Source: the human T2T-CHM13v2.0 reference genome, Homo sapiens
Length of the DNA stretch: 64,000 nucleotides
Direction: 5' to 3' (one strand)
NCBI RefSeq assembly: GCF_009914755.1
Contig: NC_060945.1
Shown: positions 40,981 through 56,447 of the stretch, one piece after another
Numbering within the stretch: position 1 is the stretch's first letter
Layout of the letters: each line of letters begins with the position of its first letter
Notes under the pieces: generated by a model
What the model was told of the DNA's origin: nothing
What the model saw: only the letters and a program-made list of their open reading frames with translations
Databases searched by the model: none
Position numbers and translations under genes: made by a program

Positions 40981-43900
40981 CCTCTCTCCCGTTTTCTACC
41001 CTCTTTCTTCTTCTAGTACGGTGAGGTGGGGGCGGGTGCTCTTGTCCTCCTTCCCCCTCTCCACCACCCCCCCTCTCCCGCCCCACCCAGGCAGCTCTGG
41101 AGTCCTGCTGGCTGCAAGTTTACTAAACGGAGGCATTTGTGAGGGGATTTCAGATACCCTGCTGTGCTCAGGCCAGGGTGACAGTGTTTTGATGTTTGCG
41201 GTTGGAAAGCTGACCTCCTGGATGTGGGGTGACGGGAGCGGCCGGTGGGAACAGTACTGTCTGCATGGCATCTTCTCCCATGAGAAAGGATGACTCCTGA
41301 GAAAACAGACAAGCAGGATAGCAAACTCCATCGCAGACTCCCTGGCCTGGTCGAAGGGGCACAGAATCCACAGGGGCCTGGGGGAAGCTTGGGCAGCTCC
41401 CCACCCCCTCTCTCCACTGAAACCCCGAGCGAGAGTCCCTCTGTGTATCGGGGACTGCCCGCTTGTGAGGAGACGCATTGCCTCGCTCTGGCTTGGAAGA
41501 GGAATGTCCTGCCTGGCCCGGCCCCCTCGGGAAGCTGGCGGGTGAGTGAACAAGACAAGGATGGTGAAACACGCTGCAACCTCGGCCGCGGAGCTCCATA
41601 AACACAGGATGGCCTCTTGTCCCTGCTGTTTATCCACATTTATGTTTATGGCGTACTTAACTCACGGAGAGGTCAGAACGCTGAGCTATCAGAGTAACAT
41701 TTGACATTTGGACAACCACAAAACAAGGCCCTGATTCTCTGCGGGTGCCCACTTCACCTGGTCCCAGCCCAGCCCAGTGCAGGTGGACAACACGCCTTTG
41801 TTGGTGCTGCTGGGAAACAAAACCCAATGACCGATCTTCCCCAGGGTCTCTCGAGAAGCAGCCGGCCCCTTTCCAAACTGCAACTCGTTCAATGAAACCT
41901 GAGTGAGCTAGTCACTTGCTTATTATGTTCTGCAGGTAACCAGGACTGGGGGGTTAATGGTTCCCAAGGGGCTCAGATCCCTTGGTTGCTGGGTAGGTAG
42001 TAGGAGAGGTTTTTCTCACACGAAGCCTTAGGGAGCATGCATTTGGCTTGGGGAAGCATACTTCCTAGCAGAGGCTGCAAGGAGTCCTTCATGTAAACAG
42101 GGCTTGAGTCCTCCGTAAGGGACAGGAGACCTTCCCACATCCTAGCAAGAATTCTTCTTTTTTCTGAGGATGTTTTGTGGAATGAAAAATAAATTGAAAG
42201 GTAAAGGTCAGTTGCACAAGTGAAGATCTCTTTGAATGGGCATAGGAATTCTTACGGCCGTAGATTTCAGAGCATCTCACTGCATCAGCGCTGCCAGCTA
42301 CCCTGCCCACACCTGGGTGGTATTCTTAGCCTTAGGTGACCCACGGGGTTTCTTCTTTATGAGGGGAAAGGCTTGAAATTCCTTCTGATCCTCTGTTCAA
42401 TATTTCATGCGATATCAGACTAAATGCACAATTCTAGATTGAGCTGACTGTATTGATTCAATGGGAATATGCCCACTCGGAGGAGGAGGGAGGGAGGAGG
42501 GGAACGGCTGGGAACCGCTCTGCGGGGCCTGGCAAAGGCACTCTTGGCCCCGGGTGCAAGAGCCGCCTCCGGGTTTGGCAGAAGGGGTTGGAATCTTGGA
42601 TCCTCTGCTGACCTACCGTGTGACCTTGAGCAGGTCATTAACCCTCTCCAAGCTCTTGTATGTCACCTGTAAAAGATGGAGAAGAACGCAGTAGTCGCTT
42701 GCTGTGAGGCCTAAGCGGAGTGACAGGAGCAAGGCTGGCGCGGTGCCCACCCCAGTGAGCTCTGGCCTGGTGAGGCCCGTTCTGTGACTCATGGCCTCTG
42801 CCGGGGGACTGGGCTGGCCCTGCCTGTGCCTCCTTCAAGGGCACATTTCTACAGAGTGAGGAAAACTCTCCTAGCCCCGAGCGATGCTGCCGTGTCCCCC
42901 GACTCTTCCTAGGTGTTGACAGTTGACAGGTCTCGGTTCTCTTTGCAAAGCACTGTTAGCTAATGTAGGAAATGTAAACATTCAGTGCCTTCCTGAAATT
43001 CCTTCTAGACCGGAACCACCTTGTTCCAGGGGCTGTCTGGCAAGTGGTATAGCCCAGCCACAGCAGCTAACAGGGCTCATGGGATTACTGGGGGGTAATC
43101 TCCATCTCAGAAAGGTGCCTTGACTTTTCCATGGGCAAAGGAATGTTGCCTTCATTTCCAAGGGAGGAAACCGTCTTTTTTATTGTTTGTTTTGGAAAAG
43201 TTGTATTTCTTTGTTTAAAAATCAACACCTTTGGGGGTTTACTTTAGATTTAAAAGTAGTTAGCCCTGAAGCGACAGGAAGGGGACGTGAGGGAGCTCCT
43301 AGGAGTGGGCCATGTCCCAGTTCTGATCTGGGGGCTGGGACCCTGGTGTGTTCGATCTGGAAAAGCATGTGAAGCTGTGTATTTATGGTCTGCGCACTTC
43401 TCTGTGTTTTCTACACCTCAGCGACATTTACAGCAAAATGTAATTACTCAGAAGTGAACACAACAGGCACATTTCCATGGCCATTGTCTACGGGTTTCCT
43501 GATGACTTCTGTCTCGCCCACTTGGGGAGGGGTTTGTGCTTATGTAACACAAGACAGACGGAGCCAGCAACCCCGTAAAAATGCCTGAAGTAGGTTGATC
43601 CTGCCGTTAGACTGTGGGGAGGGGCCAGGCGGCTGGGCCTGCAGTGGCCTCTGGGCATTGCCTGATGGCTCTGGTCCCAAAGGGGTCTGTCCTGTCAGAA
43701 GGGAGGTGTGGGAAGAGACGACAAGGCCACGGCGTTGCCTGAGACGGGATGTTGCTCAAGGTTCATTTGTGCCAAGAGCCCTTCCTGTCTTGTGAGTGCC
43801 ACGAACATTTCCTTCCAGTAACCATTGTGCAGGCTCCATTCCAGGTTCGCGGGGCATGATAATCAAGAAGCTGGTCTTGCTCACGTCCTCATGGAGCTGA

Positions 43901-44219
43901 CATTCTCAGGGCCTCCAGGGCAGTGACAGAGCTGGAAGCAGAAGAAGACGTGCGTCACATGGCGGCTGTCGGATGCCCTGCTCATCTGGGGTGCCTGGTT
44001 TGGGGTTGGCCAGCTGGCCTTTAGGAGGAGCAGCTTCATTCCAGCGTTATCTCCTTATACTCATGATCACCGGAATTCGGGATGTCTGCACAGGCTGTCT
44101 CTGAATCTCTAATGTTCTAAAAGTGGCTCATTCTGAAGGAGGGGATAACTCAGGAAACTCTTTAGTATTCACTTAATTTTAAACATTACTAAATGCTTCA
44201 TCTGCATGGTTTTTAAACA

Positions 44220-44650
44220 TCTGTTCATCCATCCATCTGTCTGTCCCTCTGTCCATCCATCCATCCATCCTTCCATCCATCTGTCCATCCATCCATCCAT
44301 CAATCTATCCATCCATTCATTCATCTATTCATCCGTCTGTCCATCCATCCATCCATTCATCCATTCATCCATCTGTTCATCCATTCATCCATTCATCCAT
44401 CCATTCAGCGACACTTGAGTATCTACACTGGGCCAGGGCCGAATGTTTAGAGATGGAAAGGTGAGGTTCCTACTTCTCAGAGGATGCTGGCAAAGGAAAG
44501 GTGAAGGGCAAGAGAGAGAAGGTGGAGAGAAAAAGAGAGAGGAGGAGAGACAGAGAGGAGAGAGAGGGAGACAGAGGAGAGAGGGAAGGAGGTGGGGGAG
44601 AGATGGCCACATGGGGAAAGGGGGAGGACCAGGAGAGAAGAGATAGAGGA
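44220..44650. repeat. (TCCA)n tract (44220-44408) and GA-rich tract (~44490-44650)
   Basis: Read directly. Confidence 0.9.
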
Positions 44651-45123
44651 GCGCTGTTTGGGGTGCTGGTTGGTGTGCTCTGGGGAGCTCTCCAGGGTCT
44701 TGACTGGGGGCACGTGCATGGGGAGGGTTGGGTCTTGGGAAGCCTTGACAACACCAGGACTCCATCTCTGGCCTTGAGGCCACTAGCTCTCATGGTTTCT
44801 GCCCGTGGTGGCAGACAGTGAGTGGGAGGGTGCCACCTCTTGGGCCCTTTGGCTGAGCTCCTCGGGATCAGAGCCAGCTTGTTGGTGCTCGCTTGTGCTG
44901 GCCCCCCATCCCCATGCAGGACAGCTTCACACCATCTTTCCGAGTGCACACAGGGGTTCATAGGAGCTGCAGCTGTGCTCGGGCAGGGCTGCACCCCGAT
45001 AACAGAGTCCAGAGTGCTCAGGCCCTCACGTCCCTCATTCCTGCACCCACAGGTCAGTTTCCTCCTGGAGGCTGCATCCAGTGCAGCAGCCCCGGGTGAC
45101 GCTTTCTCCCTAGCATTGTGCTC

Positions 45124-45510
45124 TGCTGTGGGTTGAGTTGCATCCCCCAAATAGATATGTTGAAGTTCTAACCCCTGCTCCCTAAGAATGTGGCCTTACT
45201 TGAAACAGAGTCACTGCAGATGGCATTAGTTAAGATGAGGTCATGCTGAAGTAGGGTGGGCCCCTGATCTCATATGACAGCTGTCTGGATAAGAAGATGG
45301 GAATTTGGACACAGAGTCACAGATACACAGGGGAGAGGCCCATGCGCAGACAGAGGAGAGATCAAAGGGAGGCAGCCACGAGTCAAGGAACACCTGGAGC
45401 ACCAGCGGCTGGCAGAGACAGGGGAGGTCCTCCCCTAGCACGTTCAGGGGGAGCACGGCCCTGAGGGCACTTCCAGTGAGGACTTCCAGCCTCCAAGGCT
45501 GTGAGAGGAT
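45124..45510 (+). mobile_element. MLT1 (MaLR) LTR relic
   Basis: tgctgtgggttga...gatatgttgaagttctaacccc...gaatgtggccttacttgaaacagagtc...gttaagatgaggtcat. Confidence 0.82.
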
Positions 45511-45871
45511 GAGCCCTGGAAAGGGGTCAGCTCTAACACACCACAGGGCGGCCTGACCACTGTTGACTTCTCAGGCTTTCCAGATGTGCACCTCTGGTCC
45601 ACTACACCGGACTGCGAGCTGGCTCAGGACCGCAGGCTGGGATGGCCTGGAGACATTTTTCTCCACCTCTACAGTCAGTGGTGTCCTGCCGGCCCTGGCC
45701 TCCCCCTTAGTGAGGCAGCCCCCTCGTGCACTGCCATAGCTTGCCCCTCGTGGCTTGAGGGATTAATCTATAGGCCTCCCCTTCCTGGACAGGGTTCTTC
45801 TCTCTTAAGCCTGGATAAGTGGGCTTGCTCTTGGTTTTGCTTTGACAGTGGACTTGTGAATTGCAATATGA

Positions 45872-46206
<335 letters not shown>

Positions 46207-47064
46207 TCAGCCAAGGTGAGTCTGATTAGGAGGGTTTGGGATCAAGGTGCTTCCACTGCTCCTTTTATAGTGAGTAGCTCTGAAGGACCAGCATGCTCTG
46301 TTCCTGTCTCTCCCAAGTATGCATCATCTTAGGGAACAAACCATAAAAGGGGCAGAGATAGACTCTGTGGGTTGTCTTTGGAATATCCCAAGGGATTTGC
46401 TCCTCTCTGATCATGTAGGTCTGCGGCTCCAAGGGCAGTCCGTCACCACCCTATCTGGAGCACTCTTCTATCCTCCTCCCATCTCTGTCCTCTGGCGATG
46501 ACCACAGCCCCGGGCACTGCTAGTTGTGCCCCTTGCTAAGCTCCCATATTTTGTGTTAAGGAGCAAGGATTTTCACAGGCTCATAGAGCATTTGCTTCCT
46601 TTCTAGGGTAATTAAGACTACACTAGAAACCATCTTGTCCGGTTCTCTTTTACAGATGTTGACATTAGGGCCCCAAGAAGATACGTAGCCTGCTGGTGTC
46701 ACTTAGGGAATTAATTCCTGAGCAGGTGTCTGGCGCCTGGGGCCCTGCTCAGACCCCATTCTCTCCTCTGGTTCTCGATGGCCCTCACCTCCCATTTCTT
46801 TCCATTTCCCAGAGGAGTCTGGTTGAACTTATGGCTTTTTTTGCCTTGATTAATTGACTATGAATTTATGTCCCCTAAAAAAGGATTAAGTTGCATCATT
46901 TCTTCTTAGCATGCAGTGCTCAGAGACAACCCAGCAATTGATAAAGACTTTAGGGTTGGTGCAGGGAAAGGGGGAAACAGACACTGATTAAAGATAAATG
47001 GGGAGTGGAGCCTTCCTCCCACCCAGGCTCACAGAGGCCGGCCCTGCCCGCCTAGCGCTCTCGC

Positions 47065-47871
47065 GGGTTCTGGTCTGCAGTTTTTATCTGAGTTCTGTTT
47101 AGTGTCTGGTCTGAGGCTCTGGTCTGGTTTGGGTTCTGTCTGGGTTCTGTCTAGGTCTAATCTGGGTTCTCTCTAGACCTGGTCTGGGTGTGGTCTGGGT
47201 TCTGTCTGGGTCTGGTTTGGGTTCTGTCTGGGTCTGATCTGGGTCTGGTCTAGGTTCTTTCTGGGTCTGATCTGGGTTCTGTCTGGGTGTGGTCCGAGTT
47301 CTGTCTGGATCTGGTCTGGGTTCTGTCTGGGTCTGATCTGGGTTCTGTCTGGGTGTGGTCTGAGTTCTGTCTGGGTCTGGTCTGGGTTTTGTCTGGGTCT
47401 GCTCTGGGTTCTGTCTGGGTGTGGTCTGGGTTCTTTCTGGGTCTGATCTGGGTTCTGTCTGGGTGTGGTCTGGGTTCTGTCTGGGTCTCGTCTGGGTTCT
47501 GTCTGGGTCTGGTCTGAGTTCTGTCTGGGTCTGGTCTGGGTTCTGTCTGGGTCTGGTCTGAGTTCTATCTGGGTCTGGTCTGGGTTCTGTCTCGGTGTGG
47601 TCTGGGTTCTGCCTGGGTGTGGTCTGGGTTCTGTCTGGGTCTGGTCTGGGTTCTGTCTGGGTGTGGTCTGGGTTCTGTCTGGGTCTGGTCTGGGTTCTGT
47701 CTGGGTCTGATCTGGGTCTGGTCTGGGTTCTGTCTGGGTGTGGTCTGGGTTCTGTCTGGGTGTGGTCTGGGTTCTGTCTGGGTGTGGTCTGGGTTCTGTC
47801 TAAGTTCTGGTCTGGCTGTTCTAGTCTGCGGCTCTGGTCTGGCCTGGGTTGTGTCTAAGCTCTGGTCTGGG
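47065..47871. repeat. Minisatellite, 22-bp unit GGGTTCTGTCT-GGGT(G/C)TGGTCT
   Basis: About 800 bp of alternating 11-mers, nearly A-free on + strand. Confidence 0.97.
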
Positions 47872-48212
47872 CTACCATCTGGCTGTTTCAAATACTGAAC
47901 CTGGGCATCCTGCACGGGGCTGATGGGCCTTCACTGGGCCTGGCTCTGGCAGTCTCTGCACTTGTTATCCTGGGCACTCACTATCCCAGCCAGAAAAACA
48001 GTGGAAGACAGTGTGCCCTGTGAACGAGAGCCCACAAGGACAGGGAGGCAGGTGCATGTCCATTATGCCAAGAAGTGGGCTGAGCAGAGCTCAGGGGTGG
48101 GAAAGTAGGGCAGGCGGGGTGGGATGGTCGCATCTTCGCTTTATATTTCTGTAATGGGAACCAAGTGGAGGACTCTGCGGGGAGGGTGATTTCCTTACAT
48201 AAATAGAGGTAG

Positions 48213-48214
<2 letters not shown>

Positions 48215-48255
<41 letters not shown>

Positions 48256-48258
48256 CGC
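48215..48258. repeat. (GT)16(GC)6 compound microsatellite
   Basis: Counted directly. Confidence 0.97.
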
Positions 48259-49841
48259 TGGATACTCAGGAAACCCGACTACCACAGGAAGCCTCTGGCT
48301 GGTGTTTCCTGGGCCCCTCAGCCCAGGACTCACTTTTAGATCTGCACAAGGTCACTGTTGTACCCGGGCTGTCCCACAGCAGGGCAGACTAATGTTTACT
48401 GGACTTTGTTTCCAGAGCCACTTTTAAGATTCTTCAATTCCAAATGCATGTCTTTTTTTAAAAAAAAGAAAGAAAGAAAAATAAGTTTCTAATATTAGAG
48501 AAGTACAGCCCTGAATTGGGTTTTGTGTCCACTGCTGGACCCCATGAGGGCCAGGTGGAGTGGACCTCTGCAGCCCCAGTTGTGTGCACTCTCTGTTTGG
48601 TGCAAATTCCAGTTTGCTGGTTCTCAATAGCAAGACCAGCCTGAGACCACCTGTCCTGCTCTTCCCATGAGAGGGCCGAATGCTCCCAGCCTCCATGCCA
48701 TGTCCTGTTCCTGGGGTCCTGGGGGTCATTGCAGCCTGTATGTGCTTCCTCCAGCCAGGGTGATCATCGGGTGCCCCAGTGAGCCCCAGCACTGAGGGTC
48801 AGCCCCAGGCACTGTCAAAGGTGAGAGCTCAGAGGCTGTGCCCAGAAAGAGAGGTGGGCCCTGCCTGCCCTGGACGGAGGGAGAGAGGCTTCTCAGAGCC
48901 CGAGGCATGAACCCTCAGGTGGGTCGTGGCCATAGTCAGATGATGGCTGCTGGTGAGCTCAGTGACCAGGCGTCTTCAGGCAGCTCATAAGTTTGAGAGG
49001 ACACAGCCTAAGGGAGGTTTGCTGGGGAGTAGCCCCACTTCCACCCTGAATAGACAAGAGATGGTAAAGCAGGTACCCAGCACTTAGTGCTTTCTTGGGG
49101 ATATCGCGTGGGTCCCCGGGGGCCTGGGTGCCCGAAGTGCCGCAGTACTCCATGGTGCAGAGAGCTTGCTCCTGTGGAGGAAGTGTCTATGTGGTCCCCA
49201 GCTCCTCTGTCTGCCTGTCCACTGAGGGGCACCCATGGTTCAGCAGAAGGGCTATTCTTGGGGTTCCCGGTCCTCCTCCAGCCCCGCTAATCTGTGTAGG
49301 CCTCAAGTGCTGTGTGTTTGTAAGCATTGTCATCCACAGTCCTATTGTACGAGCTGGTTCACCCGCAGCTCTGAGCTGCTCTCCAGCCCCAGCCCTTTCT
49401 TCCTGTGCCCCTACCCCCGCTGGGATGACTCTCCTCACCCTCCCTGGGGCGACAACCGCCCTGTCTGTAATGAGTGGCAGTCCCAAGCTTCCTGACTGGC
49501 TTCCGCAGCTCTCTGACTCCCCTAAACAAGGCCTCAGGGACTCCACATCCAAATTAAGGCGGCACCTGGTGGCAGGTTGGCATTTTCCGGTGTCCTATCT
49601 ATGAAAGACAGGAAGACGGCTGGGAGCAAACTCCCCTGGGCCAGACTCTTGGAAACATAAAGGCTTGGGTGCCCAGCTGGGGACCGGGAGAAAGTCTAAA
49701 ACACGGGACTGGGCCAAGGACCCCACAGGTCCCTGTCTCATTAGGTCCCCTGAAACGTGTGGAAGCTAAAATGGCATTCACGTGATTCTTGATCATTTAA
49801 CAGTGGATTCTGATCTGATACTACACTGAGAAGTGCCCCTG

Positions 49842-50278
<437 letters not shown>

Positions 50279-50889
50279 TCAGATGGAGACTTGGCAGAAA
50301 TTCCAAAGCAGTTTGGTGTGGCTCCAAAATGACAAACTTTCTTAATTATTAATTAAGGGATTAATAATATATTGATTATTTAATCATATGTTGATTATTT
50401 ATAAATAAATCATATATACATAATTTATACTTATGTAAATATATAAAGCATAAATAAATAATTTGTAGATGCAGTAAGTGAATTATTAATTAAAACAGAC
50501 ACATGCATGGCATCTCGGGGCAGGAGCAAGCTGGTAGTGCTGCAGCTCAGAGCTGGGTTCTGCCCATACTGGCCGAGGGCTTGGGCAGGTCACCTGGGCC
50601 CACCGGACATCGCTTCCTCACTCTGAGACGGGAATGGTGGATTCCCCATAGACTAGACAATGAGTGGGAAAGTGCTTTGTGAGCTCTAAAGCATTACACA
50701 CGTGCTGGTAATTATTATCATTATTATAACCTGTGAAATGCAATTGAAGACGTAGACCAGGGAATTCGAAAGACATGAAGTTCATGTTCTTCCCTGGAAT
50801 GCAGCCTTTTCTATGATGCATGTCAAAGGTTGCCTTTGGCCTTGGTCATGTGTACTTGAACATTTGCATATTTACTGCATTAGAGATAA

Positions 50890-51045
<156 letters not shown>

Positions 51046-51456
51046 TGAGCAGCCCTGCCCAGGGCGCAAAGTTCTCTCCCGGGTGTCAGGCCAGCAGTGG
51101 GAACAGTGGAGCTCCTTCCATCAGCCCCATCACCTGGAGCAGGCTGTGGTCTACAGCAGTAGTCCAGGGGAGAGAGTGACATTGAGAGGCTGCACTTGCC
51201 AAGGGCCATATGATGGGTGGAGAGCCACACTCAGAGAGGGGTCCCTGGAGACAGTGGCCACAGCAGCACCCTGGATGAGCTCAGCCTGGCTAAAGGGACA
51301 GGAGGAAGTAGGAAGGTCAAGTTCAGGGAGAGGGGTGGCCAGAGAACTTGGAGAGAACAGGAGTGAATGCAAGTTGAAGAGAGACAAGGCATTTTCAGAA
51401 GAGAATGAGAACTGTTTGGCTGGGGCTTGTGATGGTCTTAGTTGTTTAGAAGTTTG

Positions 51457-51783
<327 letters not shown>

Positions 51784-52755
51784 GAAGTTTGGCGACCATT
51801 GTGTCCAATGTCATCCATTTGGGAATGATTAGAAAACTTAGAATCTTTAGAAGTGTTTAGAAAATGCTCTGTTAAAGTCAGTTATTTTCATGTCTGATTG
51901 GTTTTATTTACTAACTTTGGCAAATAGTAATAATAGTAATAATTTCATTTACTGAAAAAATGGCAAATATCACCCTTTTCCTTAGAGCTTCTGAATTACA
52001 CCTTAATGCCAGAAATTGGGGTTTGAAAAAACCTCACTTATGGCAAATTCCTGCCTGTGACAGTCACATCTAAAGGTTGAAGTTGAATCCTCAGAGTGAG
52101 GCAGGGCCAGAGAGGAGTGGAGTATTCTTGCAGGGGTGGCTGTTTCTCAGATCATCAATACACCCACAGCTCCTGGCAGCCTGTGTGGGTGCTTGGCATC
52201 TCGGAGCTGCAGAGGCCACTCAGGATGGGGCCTTCAGACCTGGGGATCCAGGGGAAGCCAGTTGACCCCAGCCTGTGCCTGGAGGAGAGAAGAGACCCGG
52301 CCGCAGGCCCACAGTCATAGTAACAAGCTGAGTAAAGTTGGAAGCTAGACATGCTTTCATTAGTCTCCGTAGATTCGCCTCTGTTTTATTCCCCATAACG
52401 TCTAGGAGGTAGGGCTAGAGAGACTGGATCCTTAGAAGCACAGTGTGTAGACTGCCTGTGGCATGCACCAGCTCCCGGGCTGCACTGATGCTCCCAGAAC
52501 GGCAGGCAGCAGAGGCGCACAGTAGGTCTGCAGTGAGCCGATGAACCAGCCAGTGAATGAGTGTGCCTGGTGAGGCCGTGCCTGCCTTGCATGAGCACCT
52601 GGGAGGCTCTCAGCCTGCTCAGCAGAGAGAATTCTCCCTGGTGGAGAAGGGCCATCCACTCGGCTGAGCTGGTCCGGGCCCCAGGCCCCTCTCTGCTCCT
52701 TCCCAGGCCTGAAGTCTGCAGAGGTCCGGCCTTTGGGCAGTTGGGTGTAGCCTGA

Positions 52756-53502
<747 letters not shown>

Positions 53503-54200
53503 TGAGTTTAATGGACCTTGTTTGGCAGGGTTGGGGTCAAGTTTCTGAGAAGGTTATTAACCCGGCTGGCTTGGGTGATCCTCTCCAGGGCAGCCACCAT
53601 ACTATTTCTCCTGCAGGCCAGTGCTTGGGATTCTCCTTCCTGTCAGCTATCCTTGAGTCTTTCCGTGTCTTTGGCCCAAGCACCCACTCGCCTGGTGCCT
53701 TGGTCAGGATACCAAGGGTCTATTCCTCTGACTCACCTGCCTCCCAGGTGGGAAAATGAAACCAGCAGTGGCCGAGCATCTCCTGGGTCCCAGGCCCTGA
53801 GCACATAGCTCTACACACACCAGATATGTCATCCCAAAAAAGTGGGTGGGAAATGGAGCTTCCCCCAGTGAAGCCAGGAGCCCAGGGTCACACGGCTGCT
53901 GATGGCCACACGTGGCCAGGGCTGTCTGTCTCCAAAGGCGCACCTTTAACTGCCAGCTCAGCTTCCCTGCCGTGCACCTGCTTTATCCTCACAGCCTCAG
54001 TGTCCTCATCTGCAAGACCGTATGGGGTTGGTGTAAATATTGAAAGGGAAAATACAGGGAAGGTGGGGTAGAATTCTGACATGCAGTTGGTGCCTAATCA
54101 ATTCAACTTGGTCACTGTTTCTTTTCACTCCTAGTAAGCCTCCCCACAGTATCTTCACTTATGTCCTCTGTGGATAAATCCAGTATTTGGGGAAGTTTAA

Positions 54201-54628
<428 letters not shown>

Positions 54629-56447
54629 AGGGGCCATTTTTTTTTTTAAAGGCCCAACTCATGGCGACTGAAACCACACAGACCTAACTGTGAGCAGAGG
54701 CAACCACCAGAATCCTCCCATTAAGAGGAGATTGAAAATCAGTGTGCAGCTCCAGTTGCCAGTCATGGCTGGCTTTATGTGGGGGACTGTTTATATTTCT
54801 GCTTCCTCCTTGTTCGCTGCAAAAGAAGAGTCCCCAGGCTTCATGTCTCTCCTGGCACCCTAGGGGGCATCCTCAGCTTGATCTGCTCTGTGCTTTGGTC
54901 AGTAGATGGGGGTTCGCCTTGGTTTTCCACCTGGAGAGACCCTGACTTGGGTTGGGCAAAGCTTCTTCCCCATGGTGTCTGAGAGTGGCACGTGAAGGGC
55001 AGTGCCAAGGGGTTCTTAGCTCAGCAAAGAGAAGCAGGTTACGTTTGCAGACACATGATCTGCTCCCTAAACTTCTTTGTGGGGAAACAGAAGCAGGAAC
55101 CTGTGGGGCTGTTCCCATTCGTGTTCCCTGGTCCTGCGTGTTCTGTGGGTAAGCAGACGCCATTCCCCTGGGCCCAGCATCCCTGGGCGGTGTGTGCCCC
55201 ATGGAGCCCTGACTGCTGATCTGGCCTCCAAATGGATGTTCAGATGGGGCGCAGAGGACCTCTGAGGAGTTGGCGAACAGATGCTGCAAAGCAGTCGTGA
55301 AGTTTTTCTTGACCCTAATGTTCACTGTTCCATGTATGCCCTAAGTGCAAACTCCATGCACACCCTCTTGATTCCTGAACAGCTCCTGCGTCTTGGGTAG
55401 CCCGAGTTTGACTTCTCAGTAAGTTCTTGAGTGAACCCCATGGCCACATGCTCGAGACCCTTCACTGGGACCGCAGCTCAATGGCTGCATTCTCCACAGA
55501 TGCGACTAGGGACTCCTGCTGTCCTCTCCCAACCTCGCCACCGAACCTGCTGTGAAATGATCTATTTTCACAATCAAATTCAGTTCGATTTTGATTCTGA
55601 GAATTTCATGAGGCCCTGGAGAAATACTCTGAGGCTATGGTACATGTTACCACTCAAGGTCCTGTCTCACACGGAGGAGATATTGGCCGCCCGTTGCGGA
55701 GTCCGGATCCCACATCAGACACAGTTGTGCATGTTTATGCTTTTCATCCTTGCAGCCAGGCAGACTGAGAAATGGCAGGCAGTGTCACATGGCAGGAGCG
55801 TGGGCCTGACCCTGTCCAGCTCTGGGGCCTGAGACCTCTTTGCCCCACACCCCGCCCCCCTCCCCGCCACCGCCCTGCATCTCACCCTCTCCTCTGATCC
55901 TCACAGCAACTTCTCTAGCTAATGAGGTGGACAGAGCTTAACCTCACCATTGTGCCAGTGAGGAAATGGAGGTTGCACGTTTGCCCAAGGCCACGGGAGG
56001 CAGGAGGGTGGAAGCAAGGCCCGTCCTGTGCATGGTGATCTACTCTGGGTTTTCCCAAGCAGGGCCAGGAGCCCAGTGCTGTGTTAGCAAACGGGATCTC
56101 AAAAAACACAACAACAACAAAACGCGGCATCCTGACGTGTCGCCCTCGTAAATTCCTGTGCTGTAAAGACTCTCCTGTGGATAAGTTCAAGCCTCAGCAG
56201 TTTAACAGGCGGTTTGTGGAATTCCTAACTCGCACCACTGGTTCCGCCCAGGCTGGTCGCCAAGCCCCTGATGCCTGGGGCTTTCTTACCTCTAAATGGC
56301 CCACATCTGACTTCTCTCCTGGGTACAGCAGAGAATTCAACTGAGATAGCAGGAAGCATCGCACATGGACTGCTCTCCTGCCATCCTACCATTGTTAAAG
56401 CAGGGGCATCGGAAGCCAAGAACTCCTTGGGTTTTCCATGATGATCA

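Noticed and set aside
47287-47915. Repetitive WSGFCLGLVWV and QTRPRQNPD ORFs
   Set aside because: Artefacts of an A-poor minisatellite that lacks stop codons.
49559-49575. CTCF-like GCCACCAGGTGCCGC (minus strand)
   Set aside because: Mismatch at a core G; cannot be supported without ChIP data.
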